From Mobula hypostoma (Eukaryota): a stretch of DNA of 64,000 nucleotides. The stretch covers positions 89,778,001 to 89,842,000 of the forward strand of contig NC_086108.1 in NCBI RefSeq assembly GCF_963921235.1. Reading direction: 5' to 3'. This document shows positions 26,368 to 38,570 of this stretch, piece after piece (the first letter of the stretch is position 1; every line of letters starts with the position of its first letter). A model generated the notes under the pieces. The model was not told the DNA's origin and did no database searches. It saw nothing but the letters and a program-made list of their open reading frames with translations. A program made the position numbers and the translations under genes.

Positions 26368-27345
26368 GAGACTGAGGCGTAGTTAAGATGGCGAGCGCTA
26401 AATGGCGACTCCTTTGCTTACATCTTCAGAATCAGCTCTATTTCCATCTTTAATATCTTTATTTTTCTCTATCACGGTTCTTTTGAAGACCCTGACCTGG
26501 AGTTACTTGCTCACTTTGGTTCTTTGCGGGAATGGGACCCATTCTCTGGGTTTCAAGACTGGTCAACGTTCGGCATGCCAAGGGGTTGGCCTGAGATGCG
26601 GCCTGGTGTTTGGAAGCCTAAGATCTCAGGGCTCTGGAGACAGGTGGACCGAGGGTCAGTGTAATGGCAGGAGACTTATGTGTCGTCGGGGAGGCCAGAA
26701 AATCTTTCGCTGCGGGCCTGAAGACCCGAGATCTTTGCGATCTTCAGGCACAGAGCTCATAAAAAGCGATGAAACGGACTTTTTAACCGTAAACCAGCGT
26801 GTTAGTCATAGTCATAGTCATATTTTATTGATCCCAGGGGAAATTGCTTTTTGTTACAGTTGCACCATAAATAATTAAATAGTAATAAAACCATAAATAG
26901 TTAAATAGTAATATGTAAATTATGCCAGGAAATAAGTCCAGGACCAGCCTATTGGTTATGTCTTCTGCTCGCTGTGAAAATGAGGGACACCTCCCTCTCC
27001 CTTATTAGGGAGAGAGAGAACCTGTGGGTTGCCGAATGCCGGATGAATTGCGGTAAGTCTTTGGGGTAACTGCTGCGAGGTCTGTGTCTTTGCTATCGCT
27101 GAGGTCATGCTTGTGCTCAGTAGCAGGTGTGCTTTTTGTTTTCCCTGAGGGGGATTGTTGATCGCCACTGCTTACGCACAGGAGTGGGGAGCTGGGGGGG
27201 AGGGGGGACTTTGGGGTTCTCATATTTAACTGTCGTTCATTCTTTGGGGCACTTCTCTGTTTTCGTAGATGTTTTGCGAAGAAAAAGCATTTCAGGATGT
27301 ATATTGTATACATTTTTCTGACATTAAATTGAACCTCTGAATCTT
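26368..27345 (+). mobile_element. Non-coding retroposed repeat (probable non-autonomous LINE derivative) with a nested Rex-type tail at ~26805-26955
   Basis: Starts with AAGATGGCG (26385-26393), is CpG-rich, and ends CTGACATTAAATTGAACCTCTGAA. A partial inverted copy lies at 55929-56271; the nested piece matches 58080-58230. Confidence 0.6.
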
Positions 27346-27739
27346 AGAAGAATCTTCTCTATTAGCTTCCCACTCATAGAAGCAAGGCCTGTAGCTATAA
27401 TCTTCTGGATTATCCCCATTGGTCTTAATATGAGACCTCGACTGTTGCTAAAGTGGATGCAAAGATCTTTGTCAAGGTTGCAGTAATCTCCTAACTCTCA
27501 CAACAAACATCAGGACACAACCCTTTTACCACACCAACATATTATCCCAATCCCACATGTTCTAATGATATTAATTACCTTCCACAAACCCCAAGTACAC
27601 ATCAACTAGTTCACTCCGACTGGTTCAATACCACCTCAAGATTCCAACAAAATTGTCAAACAGTTTTCCTTTCCTAAATCTATTCTAACTTTATCCAATC
27701 ATATTTTCTAGATGACCTGTTACTGCTTCCTTAATAAAA

Positions 27740-29430
27740 ATCAGGAGGGTAAAAAGAGGTCAAGAAATAGCTTAGGCAGATAAATAAAGGAGAATCCTAA
27801 AAGATTCAATAAATATATAAAGAGCAAAACAGTAACCAGGTAGAGAATAGGTCCTCTTAATGAGCAATGTGATCATTTATGTGCAGAGCTACAGGAGAGG
27901 GGCGAAGTCCTAAGTTATCATTTCTTAGGTACTTATGGAAGGAATTCAGGAAAGGGATAGTGATGCCTTGTTCACAGTGCAAAAGAGCTGATGGCAGTCT
28001 TAAGGTACGTAAGATTGGAGAAATCCTTAGGGCCTGACTGTATCCTACAGCACCTTAGGAAGCCAGAAAAGAAATTGCTGGGGCCCTGGTAGATATCACT
28101 GTTAGCCACAGGTGCTGGAAGAATGCAGGGCAGTTAATATTGTATCTTTATTTCAGAAGGGCTTGAAAGACGCGCCAGGAACTAGAAGCTGGTGAGTATA
28201 ACTTCAGTGGTGGAAAAGATCCCAGAGATTGAGAGACAGGATCAATTTGCACTTAAGGCAAGGACTGATGAGAAAATTAGCACAGCTTTGTGCATGGAAA
28301 TAGTGTCTGACAAAAATTTGATTTTTTTTTTTAATAAGTTACCAAGATGATTGATGAGGCCAGTGTTTTACATGTAGTCAAAATGGACTTTAGCAAGGCT
28401 TTTGACAAGCCCTGCATGGCAGGCTGGTCCAAGTGGTTAGCTCACATGGTATCTAGGATGAGTGAGTCAATTGTTCATAAAACAGGCTTGATGGTGAGAG
28501 TCCAACGTGGAGATGTTTTTCAGATTGGAGACCACGAGCTCAATGCTGGGTCCCCTGTTGTTCATCTTAACAATTTGGATGAGAATATAGTTGGCACAGT
28601 TAATAAGAATGCAGATTTGCCACAACTGGTGATATGGTGGATAGTGAAGACAGCTATGCAAGATTACAAGAGGATTTAGATCAATGGGAAGGTGGATTAA
28701 GGAACAGCAGAAGGAATTTAATTCAGCTGGGGATGAAAATGTTGCATTTTGGGAAGTTAAATCAAGGCAGAACTTACATAGTAAATGGCAGGACCCTAAA
28801 GTGTGTTGCAGAACAGAGATGTCGAGAGACATAAGTACATGGCTCCATGAAAGTGATGACACAGTGAGGCAGGGTAATGAAGGTAATATTTGGCACACTT
28901 CATCATTCAGGATAATGAATACAGGAGTTGGGATGTATGCCACAGCTGTACAAGACAGTGCACTTAAGTATATGTACAGATTTGGTCACTACGTTATGGA
29001 AGGATGTCATTAAGATGGAAACAATACAGAAAAGATTCACAAGGATGTTGCCACGACTGGAGGGCTTGAGTTACAAAGAGAGGCTGGGACATTTTTTTTT
29101 AAATCCTGAAGCATTGCAGATTGAGGTATGACCTTAACAACAGGAATTCTGCAGATGCTGGAAATTCAAGCAACACACATAAAAGTTGCTGGTGAACGCA
29201 GCAGGCCAGGCAGCATCTCTAGGAAGAGGTGCAGTAGACGTTTCAGGCCGAGACCCTTCGTCAGGACAGGTATGACTTTGTTCAGGTTTATAAAATCATA
29301 AGGGGTGTAGATAAGGTGACTGGTCAGTTTTTTGTCACAGGGCAGGGAAATCTAAAACTAAGGCAGAGATAGAAAAGGGGAAAGATTTAGGAGAGACTCA
29401 AGAGGCAACTTTTTACAGGCAGAGTGGCTG
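27740..29430 (+). mobile_element. Highly degraded CR1 ORF2
   Basis: MDFSKAFDK (ORF 28347..28679) and QKRFTRMLPRLEGLSYKERL (ORF 28928..29131). Confidence 0.8.
29136..29267 (-). mobile_element. Solo 132-bp Penelope pLTR fragment beginning at the hammerhead motif
   Basis: Minus strand reads GTC-CTGACGA-AGGGTCTCGGCCT-GAAA-CGTC^TACT...GAATTCCTGTTGTT. TSD AGGTATGAC(C/T)TT at 29124-29135 and 29268-29279. Confidence 0.88.
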
Positions 29431-29537
29431 GCTGTACATTTGTAAACTATAACCAAGGAAAATTCTCTATAGTGAATAAAATGCTGATACTTCAGAGTAA
29501 AATGACTGCAGGTTAGCTAAGATATATCTCGTCATAC

Positions 29538-29642
29538 CTCTTCAATTTCACGGTCAATTTTCTGCTGCTTCTGTTGTTTCATTTCCTCCATGCTTTTACC
29601 CAGAAGGGCACCAAACTTAAAGCTTAGATCAGAGTCATCCAG
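29538..29642 (-). CDS. SNX7: Additional in-frame SNX7 exon (LDDSDLSFKFGALLGKSMEEMKQQKQQKIDREIEE)
   Basis: 105 nt, open frame, TTTTAATCAG acceptor and GAG|GTATGA donor, phase 0-0. Non-repetitive island between repeats, with coiled-coil-like composition. Confidence 0.75.
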
Positions 29643-29784
29643 CTGATTAAAATGAATTTAAATAAACTTAAATCAAAAGATCATATCAAGGGACAGAATA
29701 CAATAGTTTACTGACACATAAATATATCATGTATCAAGACTATCAAGCAACTGATATGTGCATATTTCTCAGAAATAAAACTTA

Positions 29785-31374
29785 GAAACCCCATTTCCAG
29801 AAAAGTTGGGATATTTTCCAAAATACAATAAAAACAAAAATCTGTGATATGTTAATTCACGTGAACTTTATTTAACTGACAAAGTACAAAGAAAAGATTT
29901 TCAATAGTTTTACTGACCAACTTAATTGTATTTTGTAAACATACACAAATTTAGAATTTGATGGCTGCAACACACTCAACAAAAGTTGGGACAGAGGCAT
30001 GTTTACCATTGTGTTACATCACCTTTCCTTTTAATAACACTTTTTAATCGTTTTGGAACTGAGGATACTAATTGTAGATTTGCAATTGGAAACTTTGTCC
30101 ATTCTTGCTTGATATAAGACTTCAGCTGCTGAATGGTCCGTGGTCTCCGTTGTCTGATTCTCCTCTTCATGATGCGCCATACATTTTCAATAGGAGATAG
30201 ATCTGGACTGGCAGCAGGCCAGTCAAGCACACGCACTCTGTGTCTACAAAGCCACGCTGTTGTAGCCCACGCAGAATGTGGTCTGGCATTGTCCTGCTGA
30301 AATAAGCATGGACAGCCCAGGAAGAGACGTCGCCTTGATGGCAATATATCTCTCTCTCTAAAATCCTAATATATGCCTCAGAGTCAATGGTACCTTCACA
30401 CACTCACCCATGCCGTGGGCACTGATGCACCCCCATACCATCACAGATGCTGGCTTTTGCACCTTTCGCTGATAACAATCTGAATGGTCGTTTTCATCTT
30501 TGGCACGGAGAACTCGACGCCCATTTTTTCCGAAAACTAGCTGAAATGTGGACTCGTCTGACCACAGCACACGGTTCCACAGTCTCTTGGTCCATCTGAG
30601 ATGAGCTCGGGCCCAGAGAACTCGCCGGCGTTTCTGCATAGAGTTGATGTATGGCTTCCTCCTTGCATAATACAGTTTCAAGTTGCATTTCTGGATGCAG
30701 CGACAGACTGTGTTGAGTGACAATGGTTTTCCGAAGTACTCCCGAGCCCAGGTGGCTATAACTGTCACAGTAGCATGACGCTTTCTTAGGCAGTGCCGCC
30801 TGAGGGCTCGAAGATCACGCGCATTCAACAGTGGTTTCCGACCTTGCCCTTTACGCACTGAGACGTCTCTGAATTCTCTGAATCTTTTCACAATATTATG
30901 TACTGTAGATATTGAAAGAGCTAAATTCTCTGCAATCTTGCCTTGAGAAATGTTCCTTTTGAACTAACAATTCTCTCACGAATTTTGGCACAAAGGGGTG
31001 AGCCACGACTCATCCTTGCTTGCAAAGACTGAGCCTTTGATGGACCCTATTTTTATATCCAGTCATGATACCTCACCTGCCATCAATTAGCCTGCTTAAT
31101 ATGGAGTCTTCCAAACTGGTGTTACTTGAATATTCTGTGCACTTTTCAATCTTATTTTAACTCTGTCCCAACTTTTGTTGAGTGTGTTGCAGCCGTCAAA
31201 TTCTAAATTTGTGTATGTTTACAAAATACAATTAAGTTGGTCAGTAAAACTATTGAAAATCTTTTCTTTGTACTTTCGTCAGTTAAATAAAGGTTCACGT
31301 GAATTAACATATCACTGATTTTTGTTTTTATTGCATTTTGGAAAATATCCCAACTTTTCTGGAAATGGAGTTTG
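29785..31374 (-). mobile_element. Second Tc1 (DD34E) copy, same family as 6111-7710
   Basis: TA at 29783-29784 and 31375-31376; same TIRs; ORFs 30358..30891 and 30003..30344 are nearly identical to copy 1. Confidence 0.96.
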
Positions 31375-31470
31375 TACATTTATTCAGTTGGTCTACCTGA
31401 AATCACGTTGTATTCATGCAAATATAAGCTAACTTCCCAATCTAAAAGAAACAGAAAATCTGATACTCAC

Positions 31471-31557
31471 CATATCTTTTTCAGCTTTTTTATTAGTCAA
31501 AGCATCAATTTGAGAATCATAATCTGTCTGAATTAAATCCCTCCTCTTCAATACTGA
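31471..31557 (-). CDS. SNX7: SNX7 exon 7 (SVLKRRDLIQTDYDSQIDALTNKKAEKDM)
   Basis: 87 nt, TTTTCTTCTTAG acceptor, ATG|GTGAGT donor. Matches the SNX7 KRRDxIQ...KKA segment. Confidence 0.92.
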
Positions 31558-32146
31558 CTAAGAAGAAAAACATGAGCATAAATCTATTCAGAATATAACT
31601 ACCACAAATATTTAACTTGGTTCACAATCTGAAGTGCATAATAAATACAACTTAAAATTGTTGTAACTTGACAACTTAAACAAAGCCATATTATTAACAT
31701 TTGTATCCAGTCCAGATTTATACAGAATTTTTTTAACCATTTACAGCCACGTTATAAAATCTCTGAAGTATTAAATTCATTTACCACACTGAAATACTCT
31801 TATTCTTAAGTATATTATATTGCATTACAGTGTTGAATATGACAATACAAGGGCAATATTTATAACAAAAGTTTGCACATAAACTTTCATGTTACCTAAT
31901 TACAAACTTCTCCTCGAGGTAATAATGAACTGAGACAACTTACTTTATATAATTTGTACAGATGCAAAATTCAAGTTTTTGTTACATTTGTACAAATGAG
32001 ACGGTCCATTCTTGCAGTAACCCAATTTGCCATTGTTCTAAAATGTTAAAGATGCTCTAGCTTCAACTTTTGACTCAAATAAAACTTAGTGAACTTAATT
32101 TCAGCCACAGCTTTCCCCACCAATTTCTCCTATTTTAAAAACTCAC

Positions 32147-32346
32147 CTTCAGAGTTTCATCACATAAAATATATTCATGCACAGCAGGAAGAAAATTCTC
32201 TGAGATGCCCACAGTCAGGCCATCAGTGGCCTTGCAACAGCTGTCAATGGAACTGGCTATTCCAGTCAGGGGCTCAGCCAGCTCCTTTTCATATCCGGAC
32301 CACAGAGTATACACTGGACTATATTCTTTCATCGCACCTGAATATT
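32147..32346 (-). CDS. SNX7: SNX7 exon 6 (EYSGAMKEYSPVYTLWSGYEKEL...PAVHEYILCDETLK), BAR domain
   Basis: 200 nt within ORF 32135..32374. AAG acceptor, AAG|GTGAGT donor; phase 1-0 complements exon 5. Confidence 0.9.
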
Positions 32347-32527
32347 CTTTACATCCAATAAAATTAGAAAGCAATTGTTAGTTCAATCTTATATTTCATC
32401 TGACATGATTATCATATGCACGCAGAAATAAATATGCAAAATCAAAATTACATTAGTCAGAAGATTGAGGAACAAAAACAACTAATAATTCAATGATACC
32501 GCTGGCAGTTAAAATAGTTTACAGGTA

Positions 32528-33872
32528 CAAGTGGCCCCCGTTTTCCGAACATTCGCTTTACGACACCTCGTTGTTACGAAAGTCCTACATTAGTTACCTG
32601 TTTTCGCTAACGGGTGTTTTCACTGTTACGAAAAAAGGCAGCGTGCCCCCGAACAGCCAAGCTCCTCCCCCAGAATGGCATTCTAGCCGCCATTGCTTAA
32701 ACACGTGCTTTATCTCGATTTATTTTGTGCATCTGTTACCAAGAGGAGTTCTAAGGTGTAGGAAAAGCCTAAACGAGCTCGTAAGGGTGTTACACTTAGC
32801 ATAAAACTAGACATAATTAAGTGCTTCGATCGTGGTGAACGAAGTAAGGACATTGTCGGCACGTTGAACTTGCCTGCATCCACCATTTGCACTATTTAAA
32901 CGCAGAGAGAAAGAATTTTGAAAGCTGCCGATGTTACTGTTCCTTCTGCTCGTAGCAAAGTGGTCTCTCTTAGTCGGCATCCAATAATGGATAAAATGGA
33001 AAGTCTATTGCTTGAGTGGATTGATGGGTGTACAAAGCATGGTGTTCCATTAAGTTTTCTTATACTTAAGGAGAAATCAGTCAGTCTTTTTAATAAGCTG
33101 AAACAGAAAGCACTGGACGATGGTGATGAAAGTGTTGTGAAAGTGGAATTTAAAGGCAGTCATGGGTGGTTTGATCGGTTTCTGAGGAGAGGGCAGTTTC
33201 ATAGTTTAAGCAGTGGTCCCCAACCTCCGGGCCGCGGTCCGATACATTGCTGCGAAGAATGCAGCGGTACAGCAGTAGTCAGAACGCAGCCAGCACATCT
33301 TTAAGAAAAGAGCTGAAATAAACAGGCTAATTAATTAGGTGCCACCCAGCACGTAAATGTCAGCCCAGATCAGAGGCGATTGTCGATTGCGTCAGATGGT
33401 TATTTGTATAAATGTTCAACTGTGACGAAACTGCAATTTATTGGAGTCTTCCCGATTCCGGTAAATGAAACTACACTGTACATACATAATTTCTACTTTA
33501 TATAGGCTGTGTATTTTTATGTGTTATTTGGTATGATTCGGCAGCTTCATACCTTAAAGGTTACTGGGGAGAGTGTTTTTACCGAGAGCGCTTCCACGAG
33601 ATTTTCGCTGCGCTAGACAGTGCTGCAGAAAAGTATTTCTACTTTATATAGGCTGTGTATTTATCATACCATTCCTGCTTTTACTATATGTTACTGTTAT
33701 TTTAGGTTTTATGTGTTATTTGGCATAATTTTATAGGTTATTTTTTGGGTCTGGGAACGCTCAGAAATTTTTCCTATATTAATAAATGGTAATTGCTTAT
33801 TCACTTTATGACATTCCGGCTTACGAACTATTTCATAGGAACGCTCTACATTCGGATGGCGGAGAAAACCTG
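32528..33872 (+). mobile_element. Tigger/pogo deletion derivative retaining the HTH/CENP-B DNA-binding region
   Basis: TA-flanked imperfect TIRs (CAAGTGGCCCCCG.../...GGAGAAAACCTG). Encodes RKGVTLSIKLDIIK, MESLLLEWID and FKGSHGWFDRF; no DDE domain seen. Confidence 0.85.
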
Positions 33873-33949
33873 TAAATGTGTCAATTTGGCATTTGATTTA
33901 GAAACTCGTCATCTTTCCATTCACCATTGATTTAAAAAAACCCAGACAG

Positions 33950-35745
33950 ATCATTCCATAGACTAACGCAGAAATCCATGCTACTATCCCTAATCAGTCC
34001 CTGTCTATCATACTTATAATCCAAATACCAACTCTAACTGGTCACTTGGAATAGCTTCCAATAACTTTCCCCCTACTGATGTCAGGCTCATCAGCTTATT
34101 CTTAGAGCCTTTCTTAAACAACAGAATAACATTAGCTATCCTCCAATTCTCCAGCACCTCATCTATAGCTAAGGATGTTTTACAAACGTTTGTAAATATC
34201 TCTGCTAGGGTCCCTGAAACTTCTGCACTAGCCTCCCATAGGTTCTGAGGGAACATCTTGCAAGAGCCTGGAGATCTATCACAACAGCAAACACCTCCTC
34301 CTCTGTAATCTGTATAGAGTTTATGAACTTGCTGTAGAAGCCCTTAGGATTCTCTTTTACCTTGTCTGCCAGAGTAACCCTGTGTCTTCTTTTTTTTCCC
34401 TCCAGATTTGTTTCTTAAGGGTTCTCTTGTATTTCTTATACTCAAGTATGTCATTTATTCCACCTGCCTATACTTGCTATGCACCTCTTTTTTTTCCAAC
34501 CAGGGCTTCGATACCTCTCAAAAACCAACGTTGCCTAAGCCTGTTATCCTTGCTTTTTTATTCTGAGAGGAACATGCAAACTCCGTAATCTCAAAATTTC
34601 ACCTCTGAAGGCCTCCCACTTATCAAGTAAACTTTTGCCAGAAAACAACCTGTCCCAATCCACACTTGCAGATCCTTTCTGATACCATCAAAATTGGCCT
34701 TTCTCCAATTTAGAAACTGAACCCGAGTACCAGACCCACCCTTTTACCTTGAAACTAATGGCACCTTGATCACCAGAGGCAAACTGTTCCCCTACGCAAC
34801 CTTCTGTCACCTGCCCTGATAGGAGGTCCGGAGTCACATTCTCTCAAGTTGGGACTTCTGGGCATTGATTAAGGAAACTTTCCTGACACATTTGACAAAC
34901 CCTTGCCCATTCGACCTTTTTACGGTATGGTAGTCTCAGTCAATATGTTGAAAGTAAAAATCACCTACAACAGAAGCTTAAGTTTCTTGCAATAGTCTGT
35001 GATCTCTCTACAAATTTGCGCCTCTAAATCATGCAGACTGTTGGGTGGTCTATAATATAATCCCATTAATGTGGCCATACCTCTCTTATTCCTCAGTTCC
35101 CCCCAAAAAGCCTTACTAGATAAGCTCTCCAGTCTGAGCACTGCAGTGACATTTTCCAAGACTAGCAATGCCACCACTCCCTCTCTAATCCCTGCCACTG
35201 TCATGCCAAAAACAATGGACCCCCCACCCCACCCCCAGAACATTGAGCTACCAGTCCTGCCATTACTGCAACCAAGTCTCACTAATGGCTACAGTCATAA
35301 TTCCATGTGCTGATCCATGTCCTAAGCTCATCCAACTTTCCTACAATGCTCTTTGCATTAAAATGCACACAATTCAGAACATTAACCCCATCGTGCTAAG
35401 CCTTTTGGTTCCTGACCTTGTAAGTAGGCGTGACAAAATCTTTCTCCACAACTATTCCACTATCTGTCCCGGCACTCTGGTTCCCATCCCCCTGCTACTC
35501 TAGTTTAAATCTCTCTCTGCAGTCCCCCTCCAGTTCAGGTGCAAACTGTCCTTTCTGTACAGGTGCACCTTCCCTGTAATGATCCAAAAATCTGAAGCCC
35601 TCTCTCCTACATCAAATGCTTAGCCATGTGTTAAACTGTATGATTTTCCTGTTTCTGGCCTCACTAGCACGTGGCAGAGATAGCAATCCTGAGATCACAA
35701 TTCTGGAGGTCTTGTCCTTTAACTTATCACCTAACTACCTTTAAA
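33950..35745 (-). mobile_element. Degraded CR1 (ORF1 end, endonuclease, linker)
   Basis: ORF 34965..35282 (LMGLYYRPPNS) and ORF 34014..34256 (ENWRIANVILLFKKG). Confidence 0.8.
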
Positions 35746-35873
35746 TTCCTTAGCGACATGAGGGTTACCAGGGGATCGGAGAAATTGTTATTCAACTATT
35801 TAAAAAAGGTTCTAAACAGAAACCAGAAAGTTATAGGCTAGTGAGTCTGACATCAGTTGTGGGAAAGTTATTA

Positions 35874-36735
35874 CACAAAATACTCTGCAGATGCTGGGGT
35901 CAAAGCAACACACACAACATGCTGGAGGAACTTAGCAGGTCGGGCAGCATCCGTGGAAACCAACAGTCAACGTTTTGGGCTGAGACCCGTCGTCAGGACT
36001 GAAGAGGGAGGGTGCAGAGGCCCTATAAAGAAGATGGGGGGAGGGTGGGAAGGAGAAGGCTGGTTGGTGCCAGGTGAAAAACCAGTAAGGGGACAGATCA
36101 AGGGAAGCAGGGAGGGGTTAGGCAGGAAAGGTGAAGGAGGAATAGGGGAAAGCACAATGGGCAGTAGGAGGCGGAACCATGAGGGAGGTGATAGGCAGCT
36201 GGAGGAGGGGGCAAAGTGAAACTGGGATGGGGGAAGGGAGTTGGAGGGAATTACCAGAAGTTGGAGAATTCAATGTTCATGCCAAGGGGCTGGAGACTAC
36301 CCAGACCGTATATGAGGTGTTGTTCCTCCAACCTGAGTTTGGCCTCATTATGGCAGTAGAGGCCATGTATGGACATATCCGAATGGGAATGTGAAGCAGA
36401 ACTGAAGTGGGTGGCAACCGGGAGATTCTGTCTGTTGTGGCGGACGGAGCAGAGGTGCTCGATGAAGTGGTCCCCTTTCTACTAGCCATCGTACTTTCCC
36501 CTATTCCTTCTTCACCTTTCCTGCCTATCCCCCCCGCCCCACCCCCTGATCTTTCCCCTTACTGGTTTTTCACCTGGCACCTACCAGCCTTCTCCTTCCC
36601 ACCCTCCCCCCACCTTCTTTACAGGGCCCCTGCCCCCTCCCTCTTCAGTCCTGACGAAGGGTCTCGGCCCGAAACATTGACTGTTCATTTCCACAGATGC
36701 TGCCCGACCTGCTGAGTTCCTCCAGCTTGCTGTGC
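35874..36735. mobile_element. Penelope insertion (second subfamily) with inverted pLTRs and GIY-YIG C-terminus
   Basis: TSD GTGGGAAAGTTATT at 35860-35873 and 36736-36749. Hammerhead motifs at 35964-36001 (minus, GAAA>AAAA) and 36646-36683 (plus). Confidence 0.9.
36646..36683 (+). ncRNA. Hammerhead motif (second Penelope subfamily)
   Basis: CAGTC-CTGACGA-AGGGTCTCGGCCC-GAAA-CATT^GACTG; stem I is 5 bp; the stem III palindrome has decayed (ACGT>ACAT). Confidence 0.7.
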
Positions 36736-37974
36736 GTGGGAAAGTTATTGGAAAGTATTCTTTCAGACCTGAAATATAAGTATTTGGGTAGACAGGAACT
36801 GTTGTCTACATGGACTTTAGTAAGGAATTTGACAAGGTCCCACATGGGAGGCTGGTCAAGAAAGTTCAGTCGCTCTGCATTCAGGATGGTGTATTAAATT
36901 GGATTAGATACAAGCTTTGTGGGAGTAGTCAGAGTGTGGTAGTGGAAGGTTGTCTTTCTGACTGGAGGCATCTGACTAGTGGTATGCCGCAGGAATTGGT
37001 GCTGTGTCCTTTGTTGTTTGTCATCTATATCAATGATCCGGGTGGTAACATGATTAACTGGATCAGCAAACTTGCGGATGATACCAAAATTGAGGGTGTA
37101 GTGGACAGTGACGAAGGCAACTATGACTTGCAGAGGGATTTCCATCAGCAGGAAACATGGCAGAATTTAACGCCCACAAGTGCAAGGGTTTGCACTTCGG
37201 TAGGATCAACCAGGGTAGGTCTTGCACAGTGATCGGTAGGGCACTAAGGAGAACAAAGGGATCTAGGAATACACGTACAGAATTCGTTGAAATTGGTGTC
37301 ACATGTAGATCAGTTCATAAAGAAAGCTTTTGGCACATTGGCCTTCATAAGTCAATGTACTGAGTACAGGAGATGGGATGTTATGTTGAAGTTATACAAG
37401 ATGTTGGTGAGGCCTAATTTGCAGTATTGTGTGCAGTTTTGGTCATCTACCTACAGGAAAGATGTAAACAAGGTTGAAAGAGTACAAAGAAAATTTTCAA
37501 GGATGTTGCCGGGTTGGAGGACCCGAGTTATGACGAAAGATTGAATAGGATACGGCTGTATAGTTTAAAATGTAGAAGATTGAGAGGGAAGTTGTTAAGG
37601 TATACAAAATTTATGAAGGGTATAGATAGGGTAAATGCAAACAGGCTTTTTCCACTGGGGTGGGTGGGACTACCAGAGGTCATGGCTTACAGGTGAAAGG
37701 TGAGAAGTTTAAGGGAAGTATGAGGGGGAACTTCTTCACTCAGAGGGTTGCGAGAGTGTGGAATGAGCTGCCAGCACAAGTGCTGCATACGAGCTCAATT
37801 TTAACATATGTTTGGATAGGTACATGGATAGTAGAGGTATAGAGGGCTATGGTCCCAGAGCAAGTCAAAGGGTGTAGGCAGATTAAATGGTTTTGACATT
37901 GACTAGATGCGCCCGTAGGCCTGTTTCTGTGCTGTACCTCTCTATGACTCACTATGCACAACCTTGTCACTAAT

Positions 37975-38570
37975 TCTACACGTCACTGGACCACGAACTT
38001 TCCCTCACATTTAAAAATGCTGTGGACTTGATCTGAGACGTCCCTGACCCTGGCTCCGGATAGGCAAAAAACCATCTGGGAATCTTGTTCTCATTCACAG
38101 ACCTTCTTTCTGATCCCCTTACCAATGAATCGCCTATCACTGCAACTCGCTTCCTCTCCCTCCTTCCCTTCTGAGCCAAAGCCTGGCTCAGTGCCAGAGA
38201 CCTGCTCGCTGCTGCTTCTCCCTGGTAAGCTGTCCTTCCCAACAGCATCCAAAGCAGTACACTTATTATTGAGGGGAATGGCCATAGGGGTACTCTGTAC
38301 TAGCTGCCTATTCCCCTTCCCTCTCCTGACGGTCACCAGGGCACCTGCCTCCTACAACTTTAGGGTACCTACGCTCCACCTATCATCTCCACATTCCCCA
38401 GGATGAGCCAAAGCTCATCGTACTGCAGCTCCAGTTTCTTAATATGGCCTCTAAGGAGCTGCAGCTTGGTGCACTTCGTGCAGAGACTGGATGCCTCCCA
38501 AAGTTCCCACATCTCACACAAAGAACACAGCACTAATTCTGCACCTATTCTCAGTGCACCAGCTATGTAA
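37975..38570 (-). mobile_element. CR1 ORF1 fragment (Cys motif, coiled coil, SGNH esterase start)
   Basis: CSLCEMWE...CTKCTKLQLL (ORF 38369..38602) and VAVIGDSLVRG (ORF 37976..38248). Confidence 0.8.

Larger units (their letters stand above)
35750..37950 (+). mobile_element. CR1 RT and 3' end, interrupted by Penelope at 35874-36735
   Basis: SYRLVSLTSVVGKLL continues across the insertion; ORFs 36810..37232 and 37287..37544. Confidence 0.88.

Noticed and set aside
32918..33304. CENP-B-type HTH ORF as a possible domesticated TIGD gene
   Set aside because: The upstream frame is interrupted, it is flanked by TIRs and TA, a sister copy is present, and it runs into a MITE-like cassette.
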